NCBI RefSeq assembly: GCF_963921235.1
Contig: NC_086097.1
Coordinates: 4,464,001-4,528,000, forward strand
Length of the DNA: 64,000 bases
Source: Mobula hypostoma
Taxonomy: Eukaryota
Reading direction: 5' to 3'
Shown here piece after piece: positions 63,430 to 64,000 of this stretch (its first letter is position 1; each line of letters begins with the position of its first letter). A model generated the notes under the pieces. That model worked only from the letters and a program-made list of their open reading frames with translations. It had not been told where the DNA came from and searched no databases. Position numbers and translations under genes: made by a program.

Positions 63430-64000
63430 TGTGACGGGATCCTGAATTATCCCTGTGAACTGTGCTTTTAAAAGAGAAAGAGAGAGAGATGTGTCCAACA
63501 CAGACACCTTGTTATTAAGAGACAGAGAGGCGAAGACTGCTTAGAGAGGCTGTTATGGTTTCTCTGCAGCATATTTACACTTCTGCCAGGACACTGGCAG
63601 CTTCTAAGTTCTTACAGAGGGAGAAGGGAGGAGCTACTTGATGGACAGTTGGTGTTTAGCACAACAGTATTTAAACCAGCGTAATTGCTTGTTTCACAGG
63701 ACACAGGACACGCAGACGCACAAGGGTGTGCTGAAGTTACCACTATCCTGTTCAAGTGCCCACGAGTGTGGGACTGAGGATCGATTACGAGGTATCTGTC
63801 TGTGTTTGCGACCTTGTGGAGTCTACTAGTGCATCTAACCCTTGCCTGAGTTGGTAGACTATCACTTGAAGACGGTGCTCTTAAGTTGGTCAAGTTTGGC
63901 TAACTTGGAAATTTCGGAGGACAGCGGAAGAATCAACGGCATCAACTTACGTGAACAAAAACAACACTCCTCCCTCTTCATCACTACTCAACTCAATACC
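63430..64000. mobile_element. Possible LTR running off the window edge
   Basis: Abrupt TGTGACGG start interrupting a Penelope-type fragment; other end not visible. Confidence 0.3.

Overview
Repeat-rich vertebrate genomic DNA; the repeat landscape (CR1, L1, Penelope, Rex1, RTE, Tc1/mariner, hAT) suggests a cartilaginous fish, which is an inference. The host content is a minus-strand tandem array of alpha-1-antitrypsin-like (clade A) serpin genes. Copy 1 has coding exons at 14087-14705, 9671-9941 and 1905-2049, with its last exon off the left edge. Copy 2 is complete and in frame (51857-52475, 44484-44754, 34689-34833, 28072-28260; 407 aa). Only the last exon of copy 3 is present (61895-62083). 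Copies 1 and 2 lie in a young duplication (about 1-22624 vs 33087-58168). Sampled introns differ by about 1-3%, yet the exons differ by about 8%, almost entirely at non-synonymous sites. Copy 2 has lost conserved helix F/strand 3A/hinge residues and gained N-glycosylation sequons, so it is a candidate neofunctionalised serpin. The duplicate supplies empty sites for copy-specific insertions: an intact full-length L1 with a 12-bp TSD, a near full-length CR1, a two-family CR1 chimera and a cargo-carrying hAT element with two right ends. Also present are Penelope hammerhead ribozyme motifs and a fold-back mariner MITE with 0, 1 or 2 internal units. All counts are by hand and repeat boundaries without TSDs are approximate.
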